Source: Pseudomonadota bacterium (GTDB lineage: Bacteria; Desulfobacterota; Binatia; Binatales; Binataceae). Taken from it: DNA of 64,000 nucleotides. The position numbers and the translations under genes were made by a program. Each line of letters opens with the position of its first letter. Position 1 is the first letter of the stretch. Under the pieces are notes generated by a model. That model was not told where the DNA came from. It did not search any database and was given only the letters and a program-made list of their open reading frames with translations. Of the stretch, positions 48,043 through 57,665 are shown in pieces. The stretch lies in assembly GCA_021324855.1 (NCBI GenBank), contig JAJPIG010000006.1, positions 32,344 to 96,343 on the forward strand, written 5' to 3'.

Positions 48043-48984
48043 TCAGGCGAAATGGCGATCGAACTCACGCCAGACCAGGCCCCAACGTACACCCTGATCA
48101 CTGACCGTCACGGCTTCAGCATCGAAACGCGCCATCACGCGTTCCAGGATGGTCGTGCCGGCGAAGATTACGTCGACGCGGCCCGAGACGAGACCGGGAA
48201 GTCTGCTGCGTTCCGAATGCGCGAGCTTGCCGAACAGCTCCAGCGTGCGTCCGACCTCATCGCGCGAGAGGCGATAACCGTGAACGAGGTCCGGAGCGTA
48301 GGTCGAGAGCTTCAGCGCCACCGCGCATACGGTTGTGACCGTGCCGGCAATTCCAACCAAAACGTTGGGACGGTAGTTCCAGCCCAGCGAATCGATCGCG
48401 CTGTCAATCGTCGTGCGCAATGCCATCACTTCGGCGGGCGCCGGCGGATCGTGACGAATGTGCCGCTCGGTCATCCGCACCGATCCAATCTGAAGGCTTA
48501 CGGTCTCCAGCGGGCGGCCCGGCTCGGCGCGGATGAACTCGGTGGACCCGCCGCCGATGTCGATGATCAGCAGACGCGCCGCGGGATTGATTCGCAGTCC
48601 GCGAATGACGGCGAGATGCGAAAGTTCGGCCTCCGTCTGACCGCTGATGACGTCGAGCGCAACTCCGGCGTCGCTGCGAACCCGTGCGAGGAACGCCTCG
48701 CCATCGGCTGCATCGCGAACCGCGGCGGTCGCGGCCCCGATTATCCGGGTGGCTCCGAGTTCGCGCGCGCGTCGCGAGAACTCGACTATCGCATTCAGGG
48801 TGTCGCGCGCCGATTCGGGATCGAGATGTCCCGTGCTGTCGACGCCGCGGCCAAGCCGCGTGATACGCGACAGATCCACGATCGGCACAAGTGATCCATC
48901 CGCACGGCGCTCGACCACCAGCATCAGGACTGTGTTCGAACCCACATCGAACGCGGCGAGCCGCTGATCTTTCTGAGACGACAT
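48043..48984 (-). CDS. ppx: Ppx/GppA family exopolyphosphatase / guanosine pentaphosphate phosphohydrolase
   Basis: AAFDVGSNTVLMLV...IIGAATAAVRDA ASKHA-fold motifs. Confidence 0.8.
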   Translation of the reverse strand: MSSQKDQRLAAFDVGSNTVLMLVVERRADGSLVPIVDLSRITRLGRGVDSTGHLDPESARDTLNAIVEFSRRARELGATRIIGAATAAVRDAADGEAFLARVRSDAGVALDVISGQTEAELSHLAVIRGLRINPAARLLIIDIGGGSTEFIRAEPGRPLETVSLQIGSVRMTERHIRHDPPAPAEVMALRTTIDSAIDSLGWNYRPNVLVGIAGTVTTVCAVALKLSTYAPDLVHGYRLSRDEVGRTLELFGKLAHSERSRLPGLVSGRVDVIFAGTTILERVMARFDAEAVTVSDQGVRWGLVWREFDRHFA

Positions 48985-50340
48985 CTAAGCACGTCCTGAT
49001 GCCGCGATTTTTTGAGCGGCCTCGTCGAATCCGAGCTCGTTGTCGGCAATCCAGCGGCCCATCGCGGCTAGGGCGCGCTCGGCGAACTCGGTTTTTTTGG
49101 CGCGTCCGCGGGCACGACTCCTGATCTCGGGCATCAGGCCGAAGTTCGCATTCATAGGCTGAAAATTTTCACGCTTTGAGTCGGTTATATAGGCAATCAG
49201 CGACCCGATCGCAGTCTCCGGCGGCGGCACGATGCCCTGGAGACCGATGCACATCCGTGCGGCGTTAATTCCGGCGAGCAGCCCGGCCGCTGCTGACTCC
49301 ATGTAGCCTTCAACGCCGATCATTTGGCCGGCCAGAAAAAGATCGTCGCGCGCGCGAAGCTGGAGCGTCGGGCGCATCAGGCGCGGCGAGTCGATGAAGG
49401 TGTTGCGATGCAACGAGCCGAGGCGGACGAACTCGGCGCGCTCAAGGCCGGGAATCAGGCGCAATACGCGGCGCTGCTCGGGATAGGTCATTTTGGTCTG
49501 GAAGCCGACAATGTTGTAAAGGCGTTTCAGGCGATCGTCCTGCCGCAACTGCACGACCGCGAAAGGAGTGCGTCCGGTGCGCGGATCGGTAAGCCCCACC
49601 GGCCGCATCGGACCGAACGCCAGCGTCATCGGGCCGCGTCGCGCAAGCTCTTCGATCGGCAGGCAACCTTCGAAGTAGATCATGCGCTCGAACGGATGGG
49701 CCGCGACCTTTTCCGCCGCAATGAGCGCGTCGACAAAGGCGCGATACTGCCGCTCGTCGAGCGGACAATTGATGTAATCCTCGCCGCCCTTGTTCCATCG
49801 CGAGGCCCGGAACGCGACACTCATGTCGATCGAATCGGCAGTCACGATCGGCGCGATGGCATCGTAGAAATAGAGATTGCGCGAGCCGACGATACGGTCG
49901 AGTGCCGCGGAGAGCGCCGGGCTGGTGAGCGGGCCCGTAGCTACAATCGTGATGCCCGCCGGAATCTCGGTGACCTCGCGGCGTACGATTTCGACCATCG
50001 GATCGGCGCTGAGCGTCTCGGTTAGGGCGCGCGCAAACTCCCCGCGATCGACGGCGAGCGCGGCGCCGGCAGGAACGCGGGCGCGCTCGGCGGACGCGAT
50101 CACGATGGAGCCGAGGCGGCGCATCTCCTCTTTCAGGATTCCGACCGCCGTTTCGAGCGACGCGCTGCGCAGTGAATTCGAGCAGACCAGCTCGCCGAAA
50201 AGATCGGTTGCGTGCGCCTCGGTCATCCGTATCGGACGCATCTCGTAGAGCCGCACGCGTACGCCGCGGCGCGCGAGCTGGAACGCCGCCTCGCTGCCGG
50301 CGAGTCCAGCGCCGATCACGTTGACCGCCCGAGGTTCCAT
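48985..50340 (-). CDS. trmFO: methylenetetrahydrofolate--tRNA-(uracil-5)-methyltransferase TrmFO
   Basis: VIGAGLAGSEAA FAD motif, ~450 aa Gid/TrmFO pattern. Confidence 0.8.
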   Translation of the reverse strand: MEPRAVNVIGAGLAGSEAAFQLARRGVRVRLYEMRPIRMTEAHATDLFGELVCSNSLRSASLETAVGILKEEMRRLGSIVIASAERARVPAGAALAVDRGEFARALTETLSADPMVEIVRREVTEIPAGITIVATGPLTSPALSAALDRIVGSRNLYFYDAIAPIVTADSIDMSVAFRASRWNKGGEDYINCPLDERQYRAFVDALIAAEKVAAHPFERMIYFEGCLPIEELARRGPMTLAFGPMRPVGLTDPRTGRTPFAVVQLRQDDRLKRLYNIVGFQTKMTYPEQRRVLRLIPGLERAEFVRLGSLHRNTFIDSPRLMRPTLQLRARDDLFLAGQMIGVEGYMESAAAGLLAGINAARMCIGLQGIVPPPETAIGSLIAYITDSKRENFQPMNANFGLMPEIRSRARGRAKKTEFAERALAAMGRWIADNELGFDEAAQKIAASGRA

Positions 50341-50462
50341 CGCAGAAGCTAGAAGTCTAGGACCGGCGGCGCGCGGATGCCAGCGCGGGATCGATCGCTT
50401 AGGTGGCGCGCCGCGAAGTGTGCTAGCGGTTGAACGAAACCATAGGGTCGGCTGGAGCGATT

Positions 50463-51461
50463 ATGGGACTATTGGTCAATGGCGAATGGCGCGACGACTG
50501 GTATGACACGAAATCGAGCGGCGGCCGCTTCGTGCGTAGTGAATCCGCGTTTCGCAACTGGGTGACGCCCGACGGTTCACCGGGGCCGAGCGGCGTCGGT
50601 GGATTCAAGGCCGAGCCCGGCCGCTACCATCTGTACGTAGCGCTCTCCTGCCCATGGGCGCATCGCACGGTGATTTTCCGCAAGCTCAAGCGCCTCGAGG
50701 AGGTCATCTCAATTTCGTACGTCGGTCCCGCGATGGGCAATCGTGGATGGGCGTTCGACAACGGCGGAGGTGCGAACTTCGGCGCCACACCTGATACGGT
50801 CAACGCCGCGCGCCATCTTTACGAGATCTATCTGAAGGCCAAGCCCGACTACACCGGGCGCGTGACTGTGCCGGTGCTGTGGGACAAGCAGACCGGCACG
50901 ATTGTGAATAATGAGTCATCCGAGATCATCCGGATGCTCAATAGCGCCTTCGATCGATGGGGCGATGCATCGCTCGATTTTTATCCGCGCGAGCTGCGCG
51001 ATGAGATCGATCGCATCAATGCGGTGATCTATCCGAACGTCAACAACGGCGTCTATCGATGCGGCTTCGCGACCAGCCAGGAAGCTTACGAAGAGGCCTT
51101 CGATGCGCTGTTCGCCACGCTCGACGATCTCGATTCGCGGCTCTCGCGCCAGCGTTATCTCGTCGGTAATCGATTGACGGAAGCCGATTGGCGTTTGTTC
51201 ACTACGCTCGTGCGCTTCGATCCGGTCTATCACGGTCATTTCAAATGCAATCTGCGGAGGATTGTCGATTATCCCAACCTTTGGCCCTACACGCGCGACC
51301 TCTACCAGGTGCCGGGTGTCGCCGAGACCTGCGATATCAAACAGATCAAGCAGCACTACTACTGGAGCCAGGTGACGGTTAATCCCAGCCGGATTGTCGC
51401 CAAGGGGCCGGCGATCGATTTCACCGCACCGCACGATCGCGCGCGTCTCGGGATGCACTGA
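50463..51461 (+). CDS. glutathionyl-hydroquinone reductase (Xi-class GST, YqjG/ECM4-like)
   Basis: GRYHLYVALSCPWAHRT CPWA active site typical of the GS-HQR family. Confidence 0.8.
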   Translation: MGLLVNGEWRDDWYDTKSSGGRFVRSESAFRNWVTPDGSPGPSGVGGFKAEPGRYHLYVALSCPWAHRTVIFRKLKRLEEVISISYVGPAMGNRGWAFDNGGGANFGATPDTVNAARHLYEIYLKAKPDYTGRVTVPVLWDKQTGTIVNNESSEIIRMLNSAFDRWGDASLDFYPRELRDEIDRINAVIYPNVNNGVYRCGFATSQEAYEEAFDALFATLDDLDSRLSRQRYLVGNRLTEADWRLFTTLVRFDPVYHGHFKCNLRRIVDYPNLWPYTRDLYQVPGVAETCDIKQIKQHYYWSQVTVNPSRIVAKGPAIDFTAPHDRARLGMH

Positions 51462-51467
51462 GGAGGA

Positions 51468-52118
51468 ATGATGGCAACTTCATGGGGCGAGCCCACCAAT
51501 CTGCAGGAAGCAATCAACTGGGTCGATAAGGCGACCCGAGCCTCGGATCGTTTCCGCGCGGTCTGGGAAGCGTCGCATCGCCACCGCGAGCAGCATGGCG
51601 GCGATTGCACGGTCTATCCATCCAGCGACGGCCCGCTGATGGGTACACTCGCCGCGGCGGCCGGCGCGAAGCGGATTCTCGAAGTCGGATGCGGCCTCGG
51701 CTACAGCGCCTTGTGGCTCGCGTATGGTGCGGGTCAAGAGGCGCGCGTCGAGACCATCGAGGGCGATCCGTCCCATGCCGCCATCGCGGAAGGCAACTTT
51801 GCGGGCGAAGGTCTTGCAGGCCGGATTACGATCCATGTCGGACGGGCTGCGGCGGTGCTCGCGAAGCTCTCCGGACCGTACGACCTGATCTACTTCGACG
51901 GCGATCCCGCAGAAGCGATCAACGATCTCGATCAGTTCGAGCGGCTCGTTAGACCGGGCGGACTGCTAATCTCGGCCAATCTTTTTTTGGGGGTCTACAT
52001 GCCCGATATGCCGGGATTGGAGAAGACCGCCGAGTACCGTCGAAGGATCACGGACGTCAATCGCTGGATGACCGCGTGGCTCAATAGCGGCAGCAAGGCT
52101 CTGAGCGTGCGGCGCTAG
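51468..52118 (+). CDS. class I SAM-dependent O-methyltransferase (family 3, CCoAOMT-like)
   Basis: ILEVGCGLGYSALWLA motif I and DLIYFDGD; AGGAGG RBS. Confidence 0.75.
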   Translation: MMATSWGEPTNLQEAINWVDKATRASDRFRAVWEASHRHREQHGGDCTVYPSSDGPLMGTLAAAAGAKRILEVGCGLGYSALWLAYGAGQEARVETIEGDPSHAAIAEGNFAGEGLAGRITIHVGRAAAVLAKLSGPYDLIYFDGDPAEAINDLDQFERLVRPGGLLISANLFLGVYMPDMPGLEKTAEYRRRITDVNRWMTAWLNSGSKALSVRR

Positions 52119-52127
52119 CGGTCTCGA

Positions 52128-52922
52128 TCATGGCAAAATCTGGCCGCGCCGCGGCTTTTCGCAGGGCGGCAGCGTTACCATCCGGATACGTTTTCCGCCG
52201 ATAATCGAGTATGGCGGGGTCGGCGGTGGCAACCAGCACGCTGGCGCTGCGAACTGGACAAAATTATCGATGGGCGGCGGGCGATAGCGCGCCCAAAAAC
52301 CTTGGCATCGATAGTTCCCAAACTGATCGCAATACTCGAACGTTCCGCCGATCGCAAAACTCTTGCCGTTGCGGATGGCCTTGAGTTCGTCCGGCGAAGG
52401 AGTCCAGTTGACTGGCAGGTAATCAGTGTGCGTTCCCCCGCCCGGAATCACCGGGCCGGGCACCTCGTCCAATACCCCGCCGTTCGGGTCAGCGAAGCGC
52501 TCGATGTGCCGCTCGGGCGCGTGTTTCGCGCCGGGCAGCGATGACCACAGATTGATGACCAGGTTCAGCGCCGGCGTGCGGCCTGCATTGAAGAAATAGA
52601 CCTCGACGGCCGCGCCGCCGTCGGGCCGCTGCCGGAACGCAGCGACCTTGCCGTCGCGATTCCCGAGGCTTACGTAAGGACGTTCGCTCGCGATAAAGAC
52701 GCGCTGGCTTTCGCGATAGGTCGCCCAGAGCAGGAACGCCTGGACGGCAGTAATCGTCGTATAGGTGAGGATCAGAAGCGTGGTCAGGATATGTATCCGA
52801 TGGGTCCGGCGCGCCAGTTCGAGGTTCTGGCGATGGATCTCGTGCGGCGGCTCGGAGGAATGCAACGGCGTCGGCTCGATTGACGATGCCGATGCCGCCT
52901 CGCGATGCTCCCTCTCCTTCAA
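52128..52922 (-). CDS. hypothetical membrane-anchored protein
   Basis: N-terminal TM helix (IHILTTLLILTYTTITAVQAFLLWATY) and ~200 aa extracytoplasmic domain; no family recognised. Confidence 0.5.
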   Translation of the reverse strand: MKEREHREAASASSIEPTPLHSSEPPHEIHRQNLELARRTHRIHILTTLLILTYTTITAVQAFLLWATYRESQRVFIASERPYVSLGNRDGKVAAFRQRPDGGAAVEVYFFNAGRTPALNLVINLWSSLPGAKHAPERHIERFADPNGGVLDEVPGPVIPGGGTHTDYLPVNWTPSPDELKAIRNGKSFAIGGTFEYCDQFGNYRCQGFWARYRPPPIDNFVQFAAPACWLPPPTPPYSIIGGKRIRMVTLPPCEKPRRGQILP

Positions 52923-52932
52923 GCGATGACTA

Positions 52933-53298
52933 TTGATCGCTTCCGAAGCGCGCCGGTCAAGGCCATCGCGGCCGGCATCAGCGGGGCGCCCGCGATTATG
53001 GTTATATATCGTGGCGCTGCGGGCCGACGATTTCGTCTATGCCGACCCGCCCTACGATGTCGAGTTCACGCGCTACGCGAAAGAGGACTTCGGATGGGAC
53101 GATCAGGTGCGGCTTGCGCGATGGCTTGGGCGCCATCGCGGACCCGTGGTCCTGTCGAACCAGGCGACGCCGTGGATTGTCGAGCTGTACACGGAGCTCG
53201 GCTTCGCTCTTCGCTTTCTCGATGCGCCGCGGATGATCAGTTGCAACGGCGATCGGCCGCCGGCGCGCGAAGTGTTGGCACTGAAGGGATTTGAATGA
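52933..53298 (+). pseudogene. remnant of a Dam-family N6-adenine DNA methyltransferase (C-terminal ~95 aa only)
   Basis: DFVYADPPY (motif IV) then VVLSNQATPWIVELY...RMISCNGDRPPAREVLALKG aligns with the Dam C-terminus (CDPPY...VLISNHDT...RSISSNGG); no SAM-binding half upstream. Confidence 0.6.
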
Positions 53299-53331
53299 AG
53301 CGCCGCGAGGCATCGCCTCGCGGCGCGTTCA

Positions 53332-53871
53332 CTACTTGCTTAAAACGATGTTGCCGCTCAAGGTCCCGTAGAAGTTTCCACCAGAATCCTCATTTACCGA
53401 CATCGTGCCGCCGCCGACGGCGTTCAGAAACTTTCCCGTGGAGTGAGCGCCATCTACGGTATAAGGACCGTTAAAACCGATCAGGTCTGCATCGGTAAGG
53501 CAGTCCCAGCCATCGTATGCGATCGCTAAGGTATTCTTGATGTTCGCCGTTGTGATTGTCATTGTGCCAGCCGCCGGTTCACATAGGCTTGCTCCCACGA
53601 TTTGAAGCTCGACAATTGTTTGGGACGTGAAAGTCGATTTACCGATCAGCGTCCCTTTTCCTTTGCCATCTATTGTGAGGCAGTTGCAGTTGCTGCCGTT
53701 GCAGCCATTGGTGCCGTTGTTGCACGAAGAAGACGGCGGTGCCGATCCGATCGCGCTGAAAGTCATCGGAATCGGGGGGCCGGAGCCTCCTGCCCTCGCT
53801 TGAGGAGCTAACGCCAAACAGACAATGACCAATACAGCCGCCGTGTAACCAAAACAGAAATTACCTTTCAT
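53332..53871 (-). CDS. secreted cysteine-rich hypothetical protein in a lower-GC region
   Basis: GGAGGAAGGCG RBS; signal peptide ending AQARAGG; 8 Cys (CNNGTNGCNGSNCNC...); codon usage visibly lower GC than neighbours. Confidence 0.65.
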   Translation of the reverse strand: MKGNFCFGYTAAVLVIVCLALAPQARAGGSGPPIPMTFSAIGSAPPSSSCNNGTNGCNGSNCNCLTIDGKGKGTLIGKSTFTSQTIVELQIVGASLCEPAAGTMTITTANIKNTLAIAYDGWDCLTDADLIGFNGPYTVDGAHSTGKFLNAVGGGTMSVNEDSGGNFYGTLSGNIVLSK

Positions 53872-54075
53872 CGCCTTCCTCCGAGTTAACTTACCCCCTC
53901 ACGGCGCATTTCTTTTAGCCTTAAAAGTGCTCAACGTCAATTGAATATCCTGAAATCTATAGATCATAAATTAAGAGTCCTCTTTAGCAATGTTCGCACT
54001 TCGGTTTCGCTCGGCGGTTGCCTGCGAGGCGTATTCAGGCTACTTTGGGTAGCTCGACTTTAGGTCCTGAAACCC

Positions 54076-54420
54076 ATGAATAGTGTTATCCAGAAGCTCG
54101 AGGGGCGGAGCCTCCGCAGCGACCTGCCGGAAATCCGGGTCGGTGATACGGTGCGGCTCCAGGTCAAAGTGGTCGAAGGCGAGAAGGAGCGAATCCAGCC
54201 GTTCGAAGGCGTCGTGATTCGCATCAACCGCGGCGGCAGCCGCGCCGCCTTTACGGTCCGGAAGGTTTCATACGGGATTGGCGTGGAACGGATTTTCCCG
54301 CTTCATTCGCCGCGCCTGGAGAAGATCCAGGTGCTGAACCACGGCAAGGTGCGCCGCGCCCGGCTCTATTATCTCCGCAAGCTGTCAGGTCGCTCGGCGC
54401 GTCTCAATACGACGAGCTAG
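54076..54420 (+). CDS. rplS: 50S ribosomal protein L19
   Basis: [35 protein letters not shown]...[18 protein letters not shown] canonical L19. Confidence 0.9.
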   Translation: MNSVIQKLEGRSLRSDLPEIRVGDTVRLQVKVVEGEKERIQPFEGVVIRINRGGSRAAFTVRKVSYGIGVERIFPLHSPRLEKIQVLNHGKVRRARLYYLRKLSGRSARLNTTS

Positions 54421-54842
54421 TCGGCCAGCGCGACGGCTTCGCGCGCTCCCGAAATCCGCAAATCCGCTTCGAGCCGCGCCCCTTCGAATACTGCCAGGCG
54501 CTCGCTCTCGATTCGGCCGCTTGCGCGCGAGCGCGGCCCGAATATCACGCGCTTTGCCCCCGCCACTTCGCCGCGCATCTCGCCCAGCACAACGAGGCGC
54601 GGCGCGCGGACCCGCCCCTCGATCGATCCGGCCTCGGTTATCACAACCATTTCGACCGAGCTGACCTCGCCGCGGAAGCGTCCTTCGATGCGCACCGGCT
54701 CATGAAACACCAGCTTGCCCGAGATGTTCGCATGCGCCCCAACCGCGACGCGCGTGCGCTCTTCGATCCACGCGAGCGTCGGCATCGCGCCAGAGTCGGC
54801 GCTTTCCGCGAATCCACGCTCGAACGCACTCAGATTGCTCAT
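54417..54842 (-). CDS. bactofilin-family cytoskeletal protein
   Basis: Repetitive beta-helix pattern ([21 protein letters not shown]...[20 protein letters not shown]) typical of DUF583/bactofilin. Confidence 0.7.
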   Translation of the reverse strand: MSNLSAFERGFAESADSGAMPTLAWIEERTRVAVGAHANISGKLVFHEPVRIEGRFRGEVSSVEMVVITEAGSIEGRVRAPRLVVLGEMRGEVAGAKRVIFGPRSRASGRIESERLAVFEGARLEADLRISGAREAVALAD

Positions 54843-54881
54843 GGCCTCTAAACCTGCCGCCAACCCGCGCGTCCGGTTCCA

Positions 54882-55844
54882 TCAAGGTGCGGGAAAGACG
54901 TGACAGGCGACCGCATGCCCGCCTCTTCCCGTCTCAAGCCGCGGCACCACTGTTCGACAGACATCTTTCGCATAAGGACATCGTGGATGGAAGCTGCAGC
55001 CGGACGGGGGATTGAGCGGGCTCGGGACCTCGCCGGGCAGCTTGATGCGCTCGGGACGGCCCGCGGCGTCGATCGTGGGAATGGCGGAGAGCAGTGCGCG
55101 TGTGTACGGATGGCGCGCGTGGACGTAAATCTCATCGCGGCTCGCGAGCTCGACGATCTTACCGAGGTACATGATCGCGACGCGCCGGCTGATATGCTCA
55201 ACCACCCGCAGATCATGCGCGATGAATAGGTAGGTGAGATTAAGGCGCTCCTGAAGGTCTTGTAACAGATTGATGATCTGCGCCTGAATCGAAACATCCA
55301 GCGCCGAGACCGGTTCGTCGAGCACCAAAAAGCGCGGGTTCACTGCGAGCGCCCGCGCGATCCCGATTCGCTGGCGCTGGCCACCCGAGAACTCGTGCGG
55401 GTAACGATCGAGAGCTTCGGCGCCTAGGCCGACCATCTCAAGCAGCTCGACGATCCGCGCCTGCTTTTCCTTGCCGCGCGCGAGTTTGTGGATCTCGATG
55501 CCCTCGCCGACGATCGCCCGCACGCGCATCCGCGGGTTCAGCGACGAATAAGGATCCTGAAAGACGATTTGCATCTCCCGGCGCAACCCCCGCAGCTCCC
55601 TGCGCGTCAGCGCCGAGAGATCGCGGCCGGCGAAAATCACGCGCCCGGCGGTCGGCTCGAGCAGTTTTAGAATCAAGCGTCCGAGCGTCGATTTTCCCGA
55701 TCCCGACTCGCCCACCAGCCCCAGCGTCTCGCCCGGCGCGATTTCGAGATCGACGCCGGCTACTGCTTTGAGCGTCAGCCGCCTGCCGAAAATCGCGCCC
55801 GTCGAGCCGGCCGGAAATTCCTTTACCAGTCCGATCGTGCGCAC
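54882..55844 (-). CDS. peptide ABC transporter ATP-binding protein (DppF/OppF-like)
   Basis: Walker [10 protein letters not shown], signature LSGGQRQR, C-terminal oligopeptide-ABC extension; GTG start chosen 55 nt after the upstream gene, the ATG at 55982 would overlap it by 83 nt. Confidence 0.75.
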   Translation of the reverse strand: MRTIGLVKEFPAGSTGAIFGRRLTLKAVAGVDLEIAPGETLGLVGESGSGKSTLGRLILKLLEPTAGRVIFAGRDLSALTRRELRGLRREMQIVFQDPYSSLNPRMRVRAIVGEGIEIHKLARGKEKQARIVELLEMVGLGAEALDRYPHEFSGGQRQRIGIARALAVNPRFLVLDEPVSALDVSIQAQIINLLQDLQERLNLTYLFIAHDLRVVEHISRRVAIMYLGKIVELASRDEIYVHARHPYTRALLSAIPTIDAAGRPERIKLPGEVPSPLNPPSGCSFHPRCPYAKDVCRTVVPRLETGRGGHAVACHVFPAP

Positions 55845-55899
55845 CAGCGCCGCATCGGAAGCCGGCCTCGGCGCTCCGCCAATTCCGGGTGTTGGCAGG

Positions 55900-56862
55900 C
55901 TAGACACGAATGCACGCCACGTAATGGCCGGGGCGCTTGGCTTCAAGGGCGGGAACGATGCGCGCGCAATCGTCGATCGCACGGGGGCATCGCGGATGAA
56001 AGCGGCACCCGCTCGGCGGATTAAGCGGCGACGGGATGGTCCCCGGGATCGCCTGAAGGCGGCGTTGATGCGCGCCGTCGATACCAGGAATCGAGGCGAG
56101 CAGGCCGAGCGTGTACGGATTGAGCGGCTCGTGGAACAGCGTCGGCGTTGCAGTCTGCTCCATCACCCGCGCTGCGTAGAGAATCGTAACATCGTCTGAG
56201 TATTCAGCGACGATTCCGAGATCGTGCGTTACCAGGATGACGGCGAGACCGAGCTGGCGCTGGAGATCGCGGATCAGGTCGAGGATCTGCGCCTGGATCG
56301 TGACGTCGAGCGCGGTGGTCGGCTCGTCGGCGATCAGCAGGCGTGGCCGGCACGCGAGCGCCATCGCGATCATCACCCGCTGGCGCATCCCGCCGGACAA
56401 CTGATGCGGATAATCGCCGATGCGCCGCTCGGGGTCCGCGATGCCGACCATCTTGAGCGCATCGATCGTGCGCCGGCGCGTTTCAACGCGATCGGTCCGT
56501 TGATGGAGCCGGATAGCCTCGCCGATCTGACTGCCGATCGTGAAGACCGGGTTGAGCGAGGTCATCGGTTCCTGGAAGACCATTGCGATCTTCGCGCCGC
56601 GAATCGAGCGCATCCGGGGTTCATCGAGCGCCAGCAGGTCCTGGCCCTCGAAATGGATCGAGCCGCCGACGATGCGCGCGCGCTCGGGCAGCAGCCGCAT
56701 GATCGAGAGCACACTGACGGTCTTACCCGAGCCCGATTCGCCTACCAGACCCATCAGTTTTCCCGGTTCGACCGCGAAGCTCACGCCGTCAACTGCGCGC
56801 ACCTCTCCGGCCTCGGTGAAAAACGAGGTCCGGAGGTCCTTTACTTCGAGCAGGGGAGTCAC
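55900..56862 (-). CDS. peptide ABC transporter ATP-binding protein (DppD/OppD-like)
   Basis: Walker [17 protein letters not shown], Walker [13 protein letters not shown]. Confidence 0.85.
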   Translation of the reverse strand: MTPLLEVKDLRTSFFTEAGEVRAVDGVSFAVEPGKLMGLVGESGSGKTVSVLSIMRLLPERARIVGGSIHFEGQDLLALDEPRMRSIRGAKIAMVFQEPMTSLNPVFTIGSQIGEAIRLHQRTDRVETRRRTIDALKMVGIADPERRIGDYPHQLSGGMRQRVMIAMALACRPRLLIADEPTTALDVTIQAQILDLIRDLQRQLGLAVILVTHDLGIVAEYSDDVTILYAARVMEQTATPTLFHEPLNPYTLGLLASIPGIDGAHQRRLQAIPGTIPSPLNPPSGCRFHPRCPRAIDDCARIVPALEAKRPGHYVACIRV

Positions 56863-56908
56863 GTTCCGAAAAGCGTAGCATCGCAGCGGCGGGCGTCTCC
56901 AGACGGGT

Positions 56909-57640
56909 TCACGCTCGCGCGATTTCCGAGAGGGCGCGCGCAGTTTCGATCGGATGCGTGAACATCAGCTCGTGTCCGGATTTGATCGAGCGCGTCACGG
57001 GGCGATCAAGCCGCCCCGAGAACTCCGGATGCCACACGCTCGGATGGCCCATCGCGAGGTCGTCCTCGCAGATGATGTAACCGGTCGGAAGCCCGAGCTT
57101 CGGGAAGCCGGTGAACGGACTCGGCTCGGTGATCACGCGGGTCGGTTGCGGCACCAGCGCGGCGAGCACGAAGCTCGCCAGATCGGCGGACGCATCCTGG
57201 ATGTAATATTTCGGAAAATCCTCCGGCCGCACCATCACCGAGTACGGGCCGGTCTTGATGCCGCGCGAGCCGGGGCGCCCGGGCGCGATGCGCTCCAGTT
57301 CCTTGGCGGGCGACGCGCCGTCAAGGATTACCATCGCGGAGACGAACACCACACGTTTGAGGCGCTGCGGAATTTTCTCGGCGACGCCGGAGATGGTGAG
57401 GCCGCCAAGGCTGTGGCCCGCCAGCACGACATCGGTGAGGCCGCGCTCCTCGATAAAGCGCGCGACGTAATCGACGTAGGTGGAAAGCGTCACCTGCGCG
57501 TGATCCATCGGATTGCCGCAATGGCCAGGCAGATCGGGTGCGAAACATCGTTCTCCGTTGCGTTCGAGCTCGCTCATTACCGCCCGCCAGCACCATCCGC
57601 CATGCCACGCCCCATGAATCAGGACGAAGGTTTCCGACAT
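56909..57640 (-). CDS. alpha/beta-hydrolase (methylesterase/SABP2-like esterase family)
   Basis: FVLIHGAWHGGWCW oxyanion region and nucleophile elbow AGHSLGG; start at MSETFVL. Confidence 0.75.
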   Translation of the reverse strand: MSETFVLIHGAWHGGWCWRAVMSELERNGERCFAPDLPGHCGNPMDHAQVTLSTYVDYVARFIEERGLTDVVLAGHSLGGLTISGVAEKIPQRLKRVVFVSAMVILDGASPAKELERIAPGRPGSRGIKTGPYSVMVRPEDFPKYYIQDASADLASFVLAALVPQPTRVITEPSPFTGFPKLGLPTGYIICEDDLAMGHPSVWHPEFSGRLDRPVTRSIKSGHELMFTHPIETARALSEIARA

Positions 57641-57665
57641 GATTGCGCCTCCGATGTTGCGTCGA

